Below, piece after piece: positions 1 through 12,669 of a stretch of 64,000 nt of DNA. The notes below the pieces were generated by a model. It saw only the letters and a program-made list of their open reading frames with translations, was not told the origin of the DNA and did no database searches. The position numbers and the translations under genes are program-made. Every line of letters begins with the position of its first letter. Position 1 is the stretch's first letter. Origin of the DNA: Octopus bimaculoides (Eukaryota); assembly GCF_001194135.2 (NCBI RefSeq), contig NC_068987.1, positions 17,174,487 through 17,238,486 of the forward strand, given 5' to 3'.

Positions 1-16
1 ATATATATATATATAG

Positions 17-262
17 GGTGATAAATTGAATATTAATTCAATTTAAAACCAAGTGTCCTAGCACATAAAAAATATGAAAATTCAAGAAGAATTGTATTAC
101 TCGTGTATAAAGGGATGACCACTAGGTGGACATCGAATATGCCAGAAAGAGGTCATCAACGACCCAACCACAAAGAAAAATAATGTTCTCCAGAACAAAT
201 TCGCAAAAACACCAGAACAGGACAAAAGGAGAACTATACAGAATAAAGAATTTGTGTAGACA
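17..262 (-). mobile_element. Penelope-like pLTR-type fragment, homologous to the sequence downstream of the hammerhead at 5823-5980
   Basis: Minus strand reads TTTATTCTGTATAGTTCTCC...GCGAATTTGTTCTGGAGAACA...TCTTTCTGGCATATTCGATGTCCACCTAGTGGTCA. This aligns by eye with 5835-5975 TTTATTTCTGTATAATTTTC...GCTGAATTTCGTTTGGAGAACA...TATTTCTAGCACATTAAATGTCCACTTTGGTGGTCA. PLE assignment is inferred from the hammerhead in the other copy. Confidence 0.55.
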
Positions 263-462
263 TAAGCTCACTCCCTCTATCAGATCGACATTACCTTTAC
301 AGGTGCAGCGGGTGCTACACGTCAGTTGTCGAAATGATCGCAGAGCAACGTGAAATGAAATGTTTTGCTCAAGACCACAACGCAACGGCCTGTCTGGGAA
401 TCGAGCTCACGATCTCGCAATCGTGAGTGCAATACCCTAACCACTAAGCCATGCGCTTTCAC
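263..462 (-). mobile_element. tRNA-derived SINE 5' part (C-type head plus central module)
   Basis: Minus strand: A-box TGGCTTAGTGG, B-box GAGCTCGATTCC, then GTGGTCTTGAGCAAAACATTTCATTTCACGTTGCTC, shared with 14390-14716 and 56020-56340. Confidence 0.8.
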
Positions 463-477
463 AGACACATATATGTT

Positions 478-537
478 AAAGGTGGTGCTCCAGCACGACC
501 GCAATCAAATGACTGAAACAAGTAAAATAGTAAAAGA

Positions 538-540
<3 letters not shown>
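478..540 (+). mobile_element. SINE family A 3' tail
   Basis: GGTGGTGCTCCAGCACGACCGCAATCAAATGACTGAAACAAGTAAAATAG matches the tails at 2686-2739 and 33207-33260. Confidence 0.85.
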
Positions 541-570
<30 letters not shown>

Positions 571-1329
571 NNNNNNNNNNNNNNNNNNNNNNNNNNNNNN
601 NNNNNNNNNNNNNNNNNNNNNNNNNNNNNNNNNNNNNNNNNNNNNNNNNNNNNNNNNNNNNNNNNNNNNNNNNNNNNNNNNNNNNNNNNNNNNNNNNNNN
701 NNNNNNNNNNNNNNNNNNNNNNNNNNNNNNNNNNNNNNNNNNNNNNNNNNNNNNNNNNNNNNNNNNNNNNNNNNNNNNNNNNNNNNNNNNNNNNNNNNNN
801 NNNNNNNNNNNNNNNNNNNNNNNNNNNNNNNNNNNNNNNNNNNNNNNNNNNNNNNNNNNNNNNNNNNNNNNNNNNNNNNNNNNNNNNNNNNNNNNNNNNN
901 NNNNNNNNNNNNNNNNNNNNNNNNNNNNNNNNNNNNNNNNNNNNNNNNNNNNNNNNNNNNNNNNNNNNNNNNNNNNNNNNNNNNNNNNNNNNNNNNNNNN
1001 NNNNNNNNNNNNNNNNNNNNNNNNNNNNNNNNNNNNNNNNNNNNNNNNNNNNNNNNNNNNNNNNNNNNNNNNNNNNNNNNNNNNNNNNNNNNNNNNNNNN
1101 NNNNNNNNNNNNNNNNNNNNNNTATATATATATATATATATTTATTTGTTTCTACATAAAGGCTTTCGATATTTTATTTCTCCAATAGACCCAACTTCAA
1201 TCGCAGCCATTTATATACCGTTAATTTTCAAATTATTTACTCGCTAAGATGTAAATACTTATTCGTTATCACAGATTATCACATTTCGAGAATTTTGTAT
1301 CACTGTGACATATGGTGATAATTGTAAAA

Positions 1330-1499
1330 GCAACAAGATGAACAACGTTGTTGGTTTTAATATTTGGGTTTAGTACGAAGAGATTGTTGCCATTTCCAAC
1401 TGTGGAACAACCAGCATAGAGCTGACCACGGGAAAAGCACTGCTTCTTGAGGTAAGGTCCAACACTTTGGAGTGAGTGTCCTTGAGTCTTATTAATTGT
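1330..1499 (-). mobile_element. Helitron-type PIF1-family helicase C-terminal relic
   Basis: Minus frame reads TINKTQGHSLQSVGPYLKKQCFSRGQLYAGCSTVGNGNNLFVLNPNIKTNNVV. This matches the Helitron/PIF1 consensus TINKSQGQSL..VG.DL...CFSHGQLYV.CSRV......L.V....KT.NVVY. An in-frame stop lies just upstream. Confidence 0.8.
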
Positions 1500-1657
1500 G
1501 TTATTTTAGGTAACGAAGATAACTGTAACTAAGTTTTGGTATTAGATACAAAATGTTTTGGTCAGTTCTCTAATCACGTTTTGGTCACTTCTCGGATCAC
1601 GTTAATAGTGTAGAGAGGGTCTATTAGCTGTCATTGCATCATCAATGATGGCTATAT

Positions 1658-1718
1658 GTTCTTTTATTCTTTTACTTGTTTTAGTCATTTGACTGTGGCC
1701 ATGCTGGAGCACTGCCTT
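1658..1718 (-). mobile_element. SINE family A 3' tail
   Basis: Reverse complement of GGCAGTGCTCCAGCATGGCCACAGTCAAATGACTAAACAAGTAAAAGAATAAAAG. Confidence 0.85.
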
Positions 1719-2238
1719 AATATAACCCTACACCTACTCAGAGACACGCACATACGCACACACACACACACACGTGAACGAAAACACACGCATGTATATA
1801 CATAATAACATCTGTATTTGATAGCATGGTTGCTGTAGATATATATATATATATGTGTGTGTGTATTATGAGCACATAAATATCTTCACGCCAACATACA
1901 TGATATTTCTCGGTCGGTATGGCGCTTGACAAGAACATCTGTATATATAACTACTCTTTTTCGTTTTATGATTCAATACACAAAAGGGGCAATTACTCTC
2001 CTATATTACAAATGGATCCTGTAAACTTGATAGTATACACGATAAACAAGATTACACACACAAGACTAAGGCTTTTGATCTCCAAACTTTTATGGCTCGC
2101 TGTAATACTTTGATGTGACCGATTTATATGCCACTCTTTTTTTATGTATATACACTCGTTTATAGAGGAACACAAACATTGCCTTGTACGCATATATACG
2201 GATATATATGTGTGTGTATACCTTAGTGTGTTTGTGTA

Positions 2239-2284
<46 letters not shown>

Positions 2285-2339
2285 NNNNNNNNNNNNNNNN
2301 NNNNNNNNNNNNNNNNNNNNNNNNNNNNNNNNNNNNNNN

Positions 2340-2739
2340 GGCGTAGGAGTGGCTGTGTGGTAAGTAGCTTGCTTACCAACCACACGGTTCCGGGTTCAGC
2401 CCCACTGCATGGCACCTTGGGCAAGTGTCTTCTACTATAGCCTCGGACCGACCGAAGCCTTGTGAGTGAATTTGGTAGACGGAAACTAAAAGAAGCCTGT
2501 CGTATATATGTATATACATATGTGTTTGTGTGTATGTTTGTGTGTCTGTGTCTGTCCCCCCAACGTCGCTTGAAACCGATGTTGGTGTGTTTACGTCCCC
2601 GTAATTACCGGTTCAGCAAAAGAGACCGATAGAATACGTACTAGGCTTACAAATAATAAGTCCTGGGGTCGATTTGCTCGACTAAAGGTGGTGCTCCATG
2701 GCCGTAGTCAAATGATTGAAACAAGTACAGGAGTAAAGG
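2340..2739 (+). mobile_element. Near-complete SINE family A copy with internal (TA)/(TG) microsatellite
   Basis: Head GGCGTAGGAGTGGCTGTGTGGTAAG, B-box GGGTTCAGCCCC, body GGCACCTTGGGCAAGTGTCTTCTACTATAGCC, tail GGTGGTGCTCC...GAAACAAGTA. About a dozen further copies or fragments occur in the window. Confidence 0.9.
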
Positions 2740-3019
2740 TGTATATGTATGTATGTGTGAACTTACGTAAATACGTATGTATGTATTAGCGACTGGATGT
2801 AGAAATACTTGGTTACTGTGAAAAGGTGCAGGAAGCTTAGTGAGAGTGAGTGACCCCAGATATTTGTCAAGGCATCCCTCTAGTAGAGAGCTAAGTCGTA
2901 TATATAAGCCGCTGTTCTACTGAGTCGGATATCTTGCACGTGGTTTGTTTTATGCTACTTGGCGATTGAGAACAATCAAATCATCGAGACTTACACTCCC
3001 ACGAATGTTAGCGAAGACG

Positions 3020-4081
3020 ATGGAAGAATTCTAACAAAACCTAGAGAAAGCGCTAGTTTATAATTCCATGTACACCTACGCGAAATGTTGCGTTAAACTT
3101 GGGAAGTCTGCTACAGAGACATTGTGCATGCTTCGGTAAGTTTACAGCGACGAGGCAATGGGTCGTACGCAATGTTTTGAATAGCATCGATTCTTCAAAA
3201 GCGGAAGAACGTCCCTCGAAGACGATAAGTAATCTGGAAGACCTGCCACGAGCGTCACAACCGGAAATATCAAGAAAATTCCTCAGCTTCTGCCTGAGGA
3301 TCGTTGGAGGACAATCAACAACATTGCTGTTGGTGTTGTCTGTGGAAGAGGTCAGTGCAGGCAATCCTAAGGTCCGAATTGAACCTGTGGTGTGTCTCCG
3401 TCAAGTTTGACCCCCGCCACTGAGCATAAAGATCACCGCATCCAAGTTTATCAATGATTCCATGATGAGGATCATCACTGGTGACATAAGTTGCGTTTAC
3501 AGGTGCGACACTAAGACGAAGCAGTAGGCGTCACGATGGAAGAGCCATTCATCTCCACAACCGAAGAAAGCACGACAGAGCGGCAGCTCAATCAAGAGCT
3601 TGCTCATCGTGTTTTTCGACATCTGCGTTATTGTGCATCGAGAATTGCACCCTCCCCTAGGGCCAGACGGTCAGTCGAGAGTTCTTCTGCTACGTTTTGA
3701 AACATTTGAGACAGGGGACATTCGGTAAAATCGACCAGATCTGTAGAGCGTGAAGAACTGGATTTTTTACAACGACAATGCACCGTTTCACCGAGCTGTC
3801 CTCACTCCTGAGTTACTCGCCCAAAACAACATAGTATCGCTTCCGCACCCTCTCTGTTTGCTAGATTTAGCACCTGCCAAATTCCATCACTTCTCCAAGA
3901 TGAAAAGGCAGCTCAAATGTCACCGTTTAAATAACGTTGTCAAGATCCTGAGCGAATAGGAGAAGTTCACCCACTCATGGTAAACGACTTCTAGGTCGGA
4001 TTCCAAAAGTGACAGGAATGCTGAAACCAGTAAATTGCAACGCAAGGTGACTATTTCGAAGGAGAAAATGTTAAGACTTAG
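3020..4081 (+). mobile_element. Full-length but decayed mariner (DD34D-type) transposase pseudogene
   Basis: Motifs across shifting frames: CVKLGKSATET; RFFKSGRTSLEDD; RIITGDISCVYRCDTKTKQ*ASRWKSHSSPQPKKARQ..SIKSLLIVFFDI; WIFYNDNAPFHRA; PHPLCLLDLAPAKF; QGDYFEGE. Many stops and frameshifts. TIR-like GTCCGGGAACTTTTTAATAC near 4115-4135. Confidence 0.9.
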
Positions 4082-4344
4082 GTAAGTAAATTATGTTTTT
4101 ATCAAACATAACTAGTCCGGGAACTTTTTAATACAACTTTATGTATGGCAATTATCTCTCATTTCTTTCTTCATACATCACTCACGCACTAGAACAGTTA
4201 GGTTTTTGAAAGAAATCTAAAAGCAAAGTAAACACACGCATGACTTTTGTGTATTGCATTTATTCATTGACAAAACAGCTGCGTATGTGTGTGTGTGTCT
4301 GCATACATATATATAAAAAACACATATATATATATATATATACT

Positions 4345-4397
<53 letters not shown>

Positions 4398-4680
4398 TTA
4401 TATATACGTGTATTTAATCTTGTGTTTGTGCGGTCATTTATTTATTGTTTTTTTTATTTACGTCACTTACATAACTTAGTACGTAGTGCAGAGAATGGGT
4501 TACATATGTCATTTATATGACAACCATCTTGATGTTGCGGCTTTATGTGAAAAAAAACAGCACACAATTCGGCAGTCCGTTTGAAGCTATTATGTAAAGT
4601 ATAAATCGTCCTAATTACAACATACACGTTTATGGATACAACTTGTAATACATCTGCACGTAAGTACAAAACATATGTAC

Positions 4681-4794
4681 ATACATAATACATACATACG
4701 TAACTAGATACATAATACATACATACATAAAATACATACGTACATACATACATACATACATGCATACATACATACATACATACATACATACATG
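4681..4794. repeat. (TACA)n microsatellite
   Basis: Direct reading. Confidence 0.95.
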
Positions 4795-5209
4795 AAGTAA
4801 ATGCCTAACTGTCAATCGGGATAACGTTGGATTTTCAGAAAAGGAAGTCAACCACCTGACTTGTACATTAGCAATGCAATCTGTAAGTGAAACTATAAAA
4901 CTATGCAAGACTTTTCTCAGGTTTAAAATGTGACATTGTTTTCGTTATCTACATTTCAATGATGAATCTTTGTATCATTGTTAGAAACCTGTTCCTTCAG
5001 AGAAAGAATTTAAATGATTAAAAGTTGAAGAGAAACATACATACATATATAAATACATTTTCCGAGAAAAAATAACTTCGGCTTTGAAGTACGCTCTCGA
5101 GGAGAGAGTGTTCTCTACCAAAGTAAGTAAAAAAAACACCAGATACGGTATTAAAAGCTCATAACGAAATTGGTGATGAGTATTGATAACAATGTCATGA
5201 ATCCATATA

Positions 5210-5645
5210 ATGGCAGATTAACGCCTGTCTGTATGCTCTGGCTACTACTGTAAAACAGTACATGAATGATATTCAAAAAGTAAACAAAACCGAAGTAACA
5301 AAGAAAGTACCATCATGGGTTTTGAAGAGAGAGAAAAATATGGAAGACCATCAGTCGTGTAATGATGCTTATTGCATGCAAACAAGGAACTCAGTATACG
5401 TCCCACCAATAGAAAGTAAAGAAGGGGATAGAAATGATGTTTGGGAACAACAAAAAGAGGACACTCACTTGCAAACTGATTACCTTCAAGCAGGAGCTAA
5501 ATACTCTCAGTGAAAAACTCGAACATCAGAAGAGAATAACCGCGAGAAGAAAAATAAACAAAAAAATTTAACTACCACCAGGCAGCAGTATACAGAGACA
5601 TGAGAGAAAGAGCAGTAAACATCACGATAACTCCTTCCTGGAATT
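5210..5645 (+). mobile_element. Dong/R4-like non-LTR retrotransposon relic (region N-terminal to RT)
   Basis: Frameshifted peptides WQINACLYALATTVKQ...KVPSWVLKRE and MFGNNKKRTLTCKLITFKQELNTLSEKLEHQEE...AAVYRDMRE resemble the pre-RT region of R4/Dong-clade ORFs. Recalled similarity, not a search result. Confidence 0.55.
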
Positions 5646-5770
5646 AGCGCGCCAAAACGAAGACTTTTGATTTTTGCCATTAAGTTGTAATTAACGGAAC
5701 CATATACACGTTCACCTCTGGCGGTGGGAAACTTGTATAGGTTTCTGAGAATTATGATTCAATTACAGTA

Positions 5771-5826
5771 CACGCTGAAGAGAAACAGACATTCGGTAAG
5801 AGTGTTGATTTCGAAACTAGTTCGTG
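5771..5826 (+). ncRNA. Minimal type-I hammerhead ribozyme, PLE-type, apparently intact
   Basis: Stem I CACG (5771-74) pairs with CGTG (5823-26). Core CTGAAGA (5775-81). Stem II GAAA/TTTC with G10.1-C11.1 plus GACATT/AGTGTT. GAAA (5813-16). Palindromic stem III ACTAGT (5816-21). Cleavage triplet GUU (5820-22). Confidence 0.8.
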
Positions 5827-6661
5827 GATAATAATGTTTTATTTCTGTATAATTTTCGCTGTCTTGCCCGCATACGTTTTGGTATTTCGCTGAATTTCGT
5901 TTGGAGAACAATTTAGGTCTTAGTAGACACATGTGGTCTATTTCTAGCACATTAAATGTCCACTTTGGTGGTCAACGTTATATATATATATATATATATA
6001 TATATCANNNNNNNNNNNNNNNNNNNNNNNNNNNNNNNNNNNNNNNNNNNNNNNNNNNNNNNNNNNNNNNNNNNNNNNNNNNNNNNNNNNNNNNNNNNNN
6101 NNNNNNNNNNNNNNNNNNNNNNNNNNNNNNNNNNATATATATATATATATATATATATATACTTATACATATGCGTAAAAGCGCGTAACAGGCTTGTGCA
6201 CAATTTTTATCTACCCAATTTAGCTCACTTGTTACTGGCTAATTCGAAGATACGCTTGTATTCAATTTTCACGAATATGGCTCTTTCGGAAAATGGCAAA
6301 CGGAACCTGAATCTCCGTAAATCTGGTGCAAAGTTCTTAACTACTCTGCTCTACATGTGCTTATGTTCGAATTAACGATTGTTTCTGATTTCATATTTTA
6401 TTCATCACTAGTAAAACACACTTTCTTCATTAGCAGAACGTAGTCACATATAGACGCTAATGGCTATGAGAAAATGGCTATTGTTATTAAAAAAAAGCTT
6501 TCATATTTATTATTCATAAGAACACAGCAATATATAGATAACATGCACCATGTTTATAAGTTCTGGTATATACCGCATGTACTTGGAAGGTGAAAGAAGC
6601 ATGCATTGCATCATATGTGTGTGAGTATGACTGTGCGTAAGTGTCCGTGTATGTGCATCTA

Positions 6662-6711
<50 letters not shown>

Positions 6712-7178
6712 TTTAATTTATTAAAAATGCAGAGATGCCTATAATAGGACATCTACTCGCTAGAAATAGCAGCAAAAGACTATATACCACAAAAATTAGG
6801 GATAATTTCGAAAGGAAATGAAAAATAAAAACTTTTACCAATCTATATTCTGTACCATGGTTTCAAGTCAATTTTAGTAAGATAAAATTTATATATATCT
6901 TACAAGGTCGGACTATCATCAGCAGAAATGACCAGGCAACATATGAAGCACGAGTCAATAAGCAGCATGGCACACATAGACACACAGACACAGACTGACA
7001 GAAAGACAGACAGACAGACAGACATACAGACACACACACACACACACACAAACAGACACACGCACGCACACACATATCTTTAAAATGTGTTCCGACGCAA
7101 ATGCATAGAAAAAGCGTTGGAGCGCCACGTAATATTATTTACAAAAATACTTGCAGTTGTTGTACCAGCAGGCAATGG

Positions 7179-7187
7179 CAACAGCAG

Positions 7188-7276
<89 letters not shown>
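7179..7276. repeat. Compound (CAG/CAA)n-(TAG)n microsatellite
   Basis: Direct reading; explains the poly-S ORF 7087..7329. Confidence 0.95.
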
Positions 7277-7758
7277 AAAGAGTAATAAAAGGAAGTCATA
7301 ACAACACGAACAAGAACAAAATAATGTGATTTTATTACGTTATGACCGAGACCTTTAAAGTTACTTGAAAGGAGTCAGGCGAGTATATCTGCGTATGTCA
7401 ATGTGAATATGTGTATGCATAAGCGTGTGAATGTAATCGTGCGTGCGAGGTTAGGAGCTTAGGCATGTCCGCTTGAAAGCATAAGAACTAACTATAGGTG
7501 TATATACTGATATATATACGCGCGTTAATACCGAACAATAAGAATGAGTGCTCAACACCACATTTGGGGATAAACGTTCTTTAGGTATGGAGAAAGGCTA
7601 CCATATGTTTCATGTATTTACCGTCTCTTGAAAATTATCAGACCTACCGCATGGAATATCGATGCTCGCTTCCAGCTTCGATTTACATAAAACCTTTGGT
7701 AGCCTTTGTCCCCCACCCTCATATATATATATAATGCATATACCTATATATCTATATA

Positions 7759-7891
7759 TTCTTTTATTCTTATATTCTTTTACTTGTTTCAGTCCCCAGA
7801 CTGCGGCCATACTGGGGCAATGCCTTGAAAAATCTCAGTCGAATAAATCGACGCCAGTACTTTTTGAAAGCCCTGTACTTATTCTATCGGT
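7759..7891 (-). mobile_element. SINE family A 3' part
   Basis: TTCTTTTACTTGTTTCAGTC...CTGCGGCCATACTGGGGCAATGCC...GTACTTATTCTATCGGTC is the reverse complement of the family A tail. Confidence 0.8.
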
Positions 7892-8697
7892 CCGTACATT
7901 ATTTTCTTGAAAGGTCTTTCTGTTATGGATTGCGCATACAAAATTCATTATATCCCTAGTTAAATAAACAGAATACAGGGAGGACGAAATGACGATTAAG
8001 CATGATTTCATGCGCGGTTTGAAATAAGGAATCTGCTTTTAATTTTTCGATAGCATTTTGCTAAAACGACAGTAGCTATTTTTTAAGGAGTACATTTTTC
8101 AACTGGTTAGCCTAACCTATTTATTCGTAATCTATACATCATATATATATATAATATAATATAGGATAAATTCTTTATAAGAATTTATCAAGTAGTCAGC
8201 GTGAAAAAACCTCAAAATGAAAAAATAACGAAAAATGTTCGTAATGAAAAAAATTCATCATTTCATCATAAATATAAATACTTATATATAAAGGGCATTA
8301 ACTGTGTATTAATGCCTCACGCTTCGAGGGACTAAATAAGTCAAAAACTACCAAAAAGAATAATACACAGTTAATGCCCTTTATATATNNNNNNNNNNNN
8401 NNNNNNNNNNNNNNNNNNNNNNNNNNNNNNNNNCATACATACTTATAGATTTATGCTTCTATGCAAGAATGGTTACATACACACACACAGACACACACAC
8501 ACACACACACGCACACGCACACACATATACCTTAAGAAATGTTATTATAAGTAATGCCACACTCTCAAAGGATAAAATCTTATATAGATTTTATCCTTAT
8601 ATTTCATTGACACACACACACACACACACACACAGACGCACACACACGCGCGCGCGCACTCTCACACACACACACATATATATATATACATATGTAT

Positions 8698-8702
<5 letters not shown>

Positions 8703-8734
<32 letters not shown>

Positions 8735-8747
8735 CAGGGAGACAGAT

Positions 8748-8798
<51 letters not shown>

Positions 8799-8826
8799 CA
8801 TACATACATACATACATACATACATG
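8703..8826. repeat. Compound (GA)n-(GATA)n-(TACA)n microsatellite
   Basis: Direct reading. Confidence 0.95.
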
Positions 8827-9678
8827 CATACATTCATATATATAATGCAATTATTTTTAAATGTGTGGAATTTTCTACCTCCCTATCTGCAGTATTGTTT
8901 CCTTAAGTAGATGCATTCTATAAGAACTTTAACACACTCACATTAGTAATAAGACGCGGTGAAAATAAAACAAATAAAATTCTTCTAACTGCGATACAAT
9001 TGATAATATTATTGCTAAAAATACTTTTATATTTTACTTCCACAATAATTTCTTTGATAATTCGTAGCTGATCCGTGCATAATAACTCTCTACAATGCAA
9101 ATGAAATATAACAAAAATGACATCTACAAATATAGAAACATCTTACATGTCATGTCTGTTTTACGTAAGTACATATGCGCTTTTGTGGTTTGTGCATCTG
9201 TGAGTATTCAATCTTATCAATTGAACATATTTATTATGATAATGATGATGCGCGGAAGAAACTTTCTATTATGTATGTTTTCTCCGTAAATATAGGCTAG
9301 AGGTATTGCGTGTGTATTCGCGCGTGGGATGTATTTTCTCACCAGAAGCTGAACGCACCCATCTGCTTTTGTTTCCATTGAACTTCGATATAAAAGATTG
9401 ACAACAAACAGGAGGTTGTAAAGGAGCATACTGAAGCGATAGGAAACGAGAAATAACCGAAAAAGGAATGATGCCAAAATGATACGTTCTATCAGAAATA
9501 GAAACAACCAAAGAACGAGAAAGGGAAAAACAGAAAGCGACAGAGTGGGAGAGAGAATGGGTGAGAGATGGAAAGGTAGAGATAAGGGAAAAGCGATAGT
9601 AGGAAATATTTATTGGATTCAGTAAATTATCTAGTTTAATCAGAAGAACAGATATTTTTTGCAAGAGAAATACGTGCG

Positions 9679-9737
<59 letters not shown>

Positions 9738-10627
9738 TTGGGAGGAAAGTGAAAACATGTCTAAGAGGTAAGCTGAAGAAATATTAAAAGTGATTTAAAC
9801 GGAAAGAGATTGGGGCAAAAAGCACGTACCTACGCTGGGAGAGAAAATAAGTGATAGGATTAATGAGAGATAAATGTTTTGAGCAAGATTGTGCCAGTTC
9901 AATAATGGTAAGTGAATTACAAAGGGGAAATCGACGTTAGAAGTTACAAACAGAAGGCGAAGAATCGNNNNNNNNNNNNNNNNNNNNNNNNNNNNNNNNN
10001 NNNNNNNNNNNNNNNNNNNNNNNNNNNNNNNNNNNNNNNNNNNNNNNNNNNNNNNNNTATATATATATATATATATATATGCATGTATGTATGTACATAC
10101 ATTTATATAAATTGCCTAGCATAACTTCCTTTTTGTAGTGGTTAGTAGAATGAGAGTGTTTTGGAGTAATTATCTATTGTTCAATATACATTCTAGAGTG
10201 AGAATACTAAATAAATAAATGAATAAATAAAAGGGTTAAGTATTCTCTCCTATATTTTTGTTCCACGTTTGAAAGAATATTACTTTCTCCATCATGTGTA
10301 GACGCACCTTTCGATATACATCTGTTTTTCTTTTTTTTATCTTTTCAACAGAGCTTATGCAATTAGTGAATTTACGTCAGTTTTTAAAGTTGTGAATATA
10401 TGGTTTATTGTAAAATAAAGCAAATAAAAATGAATAAATAAATGAAACACAAGAGCTATCAGAGAAATGATATATTTTTTTAACAAACTAGATGTATTTG
10501 TCAAAATGTAGATATATATCGCCGGACAAGTTCATTGAATTTGACAAATAATTTTACTTAGTAAGGATGTGCAGTTTTTTAAATACTTCTTTTATTTTTC
10601 AAAATTGCGATAAACAAAGTTCTTTTT

Positions 10628-11423
10628 TTAATCTAAAATATACTTTCCTTCATTTTCTACAATGCTCTTCCATTTTTCTGGTAGACTTGCAAAACCTCTT
10701 TTCCAAAATTCACTTTTCTGTGACAAAAAAATACTTCTCCAGGACTGTTTGTGGCCTCGTCTCGAGTAATGTCTGGTGAATTTGTTAGGTAGGGCATCGG
10801 TTCCCATTCAAACTGTTCCAGCCTTTAGAATGTTATACTCGCAGTTTGTGGCCGAGCATTATCCTGATGGAAGAACATCTTACGACTTGAAATCAAAGAT
10901 GGTCGTTTTACTTGTAGCGCTGACTTAAACCGCTCAAGCTGCTCTCGCAGTAGATCTCCTTTGTTATCGTTTAGTTTAGGTTTAAAAGCTCAAAGTTGAC
11001 TGAACAGTTCATATCCCACTAAAGAGATAACAGCACCTTACGTGGGTGAAACCCTTCTTTAGCCAGGTGTGCCGGTATTTCTTTTTTGTCTACCCACTGT
11101 CTTCGGCGCTTAACATTTTATATAGAACCCATTTCTCGTCACCAGTCACTATTCGAACCAAAAAAGGTGAATTTGTGAGATGTGACAGGAAAGAAGAACA
11201 CACATTTACTGTCTGTGCGCGATTAGACTAAGAAAGTTTGTTAGGAACCCATTCACCCAATTTGCTGACTTTTCCGATGGCAGGCAGGTGTCGATGAATG
11301 GTTGAATAACCAAATCCAAGCTCCTTTGTCAGTTTTGCAACAGTTATGATTGAATCTTATTCCACCAGGTTTTGCAGGACGTCCTCGAAGAGCTCTTCAA
11401 ATCTTCCAGGACGAGGCTCATGT
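10628..11423 (-). mobile_element. Decayed mariner transposase, 5'-truncated; different subfamily from 3020-4081
   Basis: Minus-strand motifs VSKLGEWVP, RIVTGDEKWV, FFHQDNARP and C-terminus FWKRGFASLPEKWRSIVENEGKYILD*, with stops and frameshifts. Confidence 0.9.
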
Positions 11424-12669
11424 ATTTAAGAAAGTTGCCATTATCAAAATGTGAATGAATATTTATTGTTCAAAGACTGATATAAGACCCAATTAATTAT
11501 GTGCACCTATTTTAACCGCCTGGGGTGTGGATCGAGCCGTTGACTGTGCAATATGAACGATAGGGTATTAGACCATCCCTCCTATGGCTTCTAAATCTTG
11601 CCAGTCAATGGGGATATTGGTTCAGTGTGCTGAATGAATGCACTGGAGAAATGGTTGAAGGCTGTCGAGAGATTGTTGGAAGTATGACAAAGTAATTCAG
11701 CGAAGAACATGAGGCGTACATCAAAAGGTTGCAATGACCTCAGCTTCGTTTGCCAGCCGGTTGATATTAATTTAATGCCGCAGGGACTTTTAAATCACTC
11801 TTTATATCATGAAATGTTAATTGCTCTTTTAATGATAGCATTACATCTCGCGTTTATAATGCCTCATTGTATACGTTTTATAAACAATAAATCTGTTAAT
11901 AGTGACTATAATGTAGTTGGATATTTTCTCTTTTATGTCTTTTGAAGTACGTAATAAGAAGTTATCTTAATTTCTCACTAATTACTGGGATGAAAGATAG
12001 CTATATACTATAAACTACATCATTACCTGTTTATATATCTTGCTATTCACTATGTTTTCCTACATCTTAATTTATGACTAAGTACACAAAAAAGTAGCAA
12101 GATATATAGCAGGCTGCATTTTCGAGAAATATTATTGCTTTGTTTGGTCAATAAGTTTACACTTATGCTGACGATAGTATGAATTATTAGTAATTGTTTG
12201 TAAAAGTGCTCCAGTAAAAGTATATTACTTTAAGTGTGTGAACAAATTACGATAATCGAAACACTCTAGATAAACTGCAAACCTTACTCTTATCAATAAA
12301 CTTCCCTGTCTAATATTACTCATTCTAAAAATGATAATACTAATAATAAGAGAAACGAAAATAAGAATAAAACTAGTCATAGCGTTTTCTGTATTAGTTA
12401 TACGATGTGGGCGCAATGTACGAAAAAAAAAAGATTTTGAGGCGTGTAGGTTAGGACAGAAAAGTTACATACAGCAGATAGGCGTGATAACAGACGTCAT
12501 ACAGTACACATACACACATTTATATATATACATATATTTATGCATACATACATATACACATACACACGCACATGTCAGAAGAAAGAAAAATTCATACAAG
12601 TAAAATGTATACAGATATTTAAAGAAAGCAGGAAAAAATATATAAAATTAAACTTCCACTTGCGTTCAT

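Noticed and set aside
3053-3410. ORFs 3053..3364 (-) and 3099..3410 (+)
   Set aside because: Antisense and off-frame readings of the mariner pseudogene.
8935-9164. Exon-like segments on both strands; the minus frame is vaguely VAMP-like (KKLLWK*NIKVFLAIIL)
   Set aside because: In-frame stop and AT-rich composition explain the resemblance.
11500-11790. Possible pogo/Tigger DDE relic (KGCNDLSFVCQPVDIN, similar to GG.T..LQPLDV..N)
   Set aside because: A single weak motif is not enough to call.
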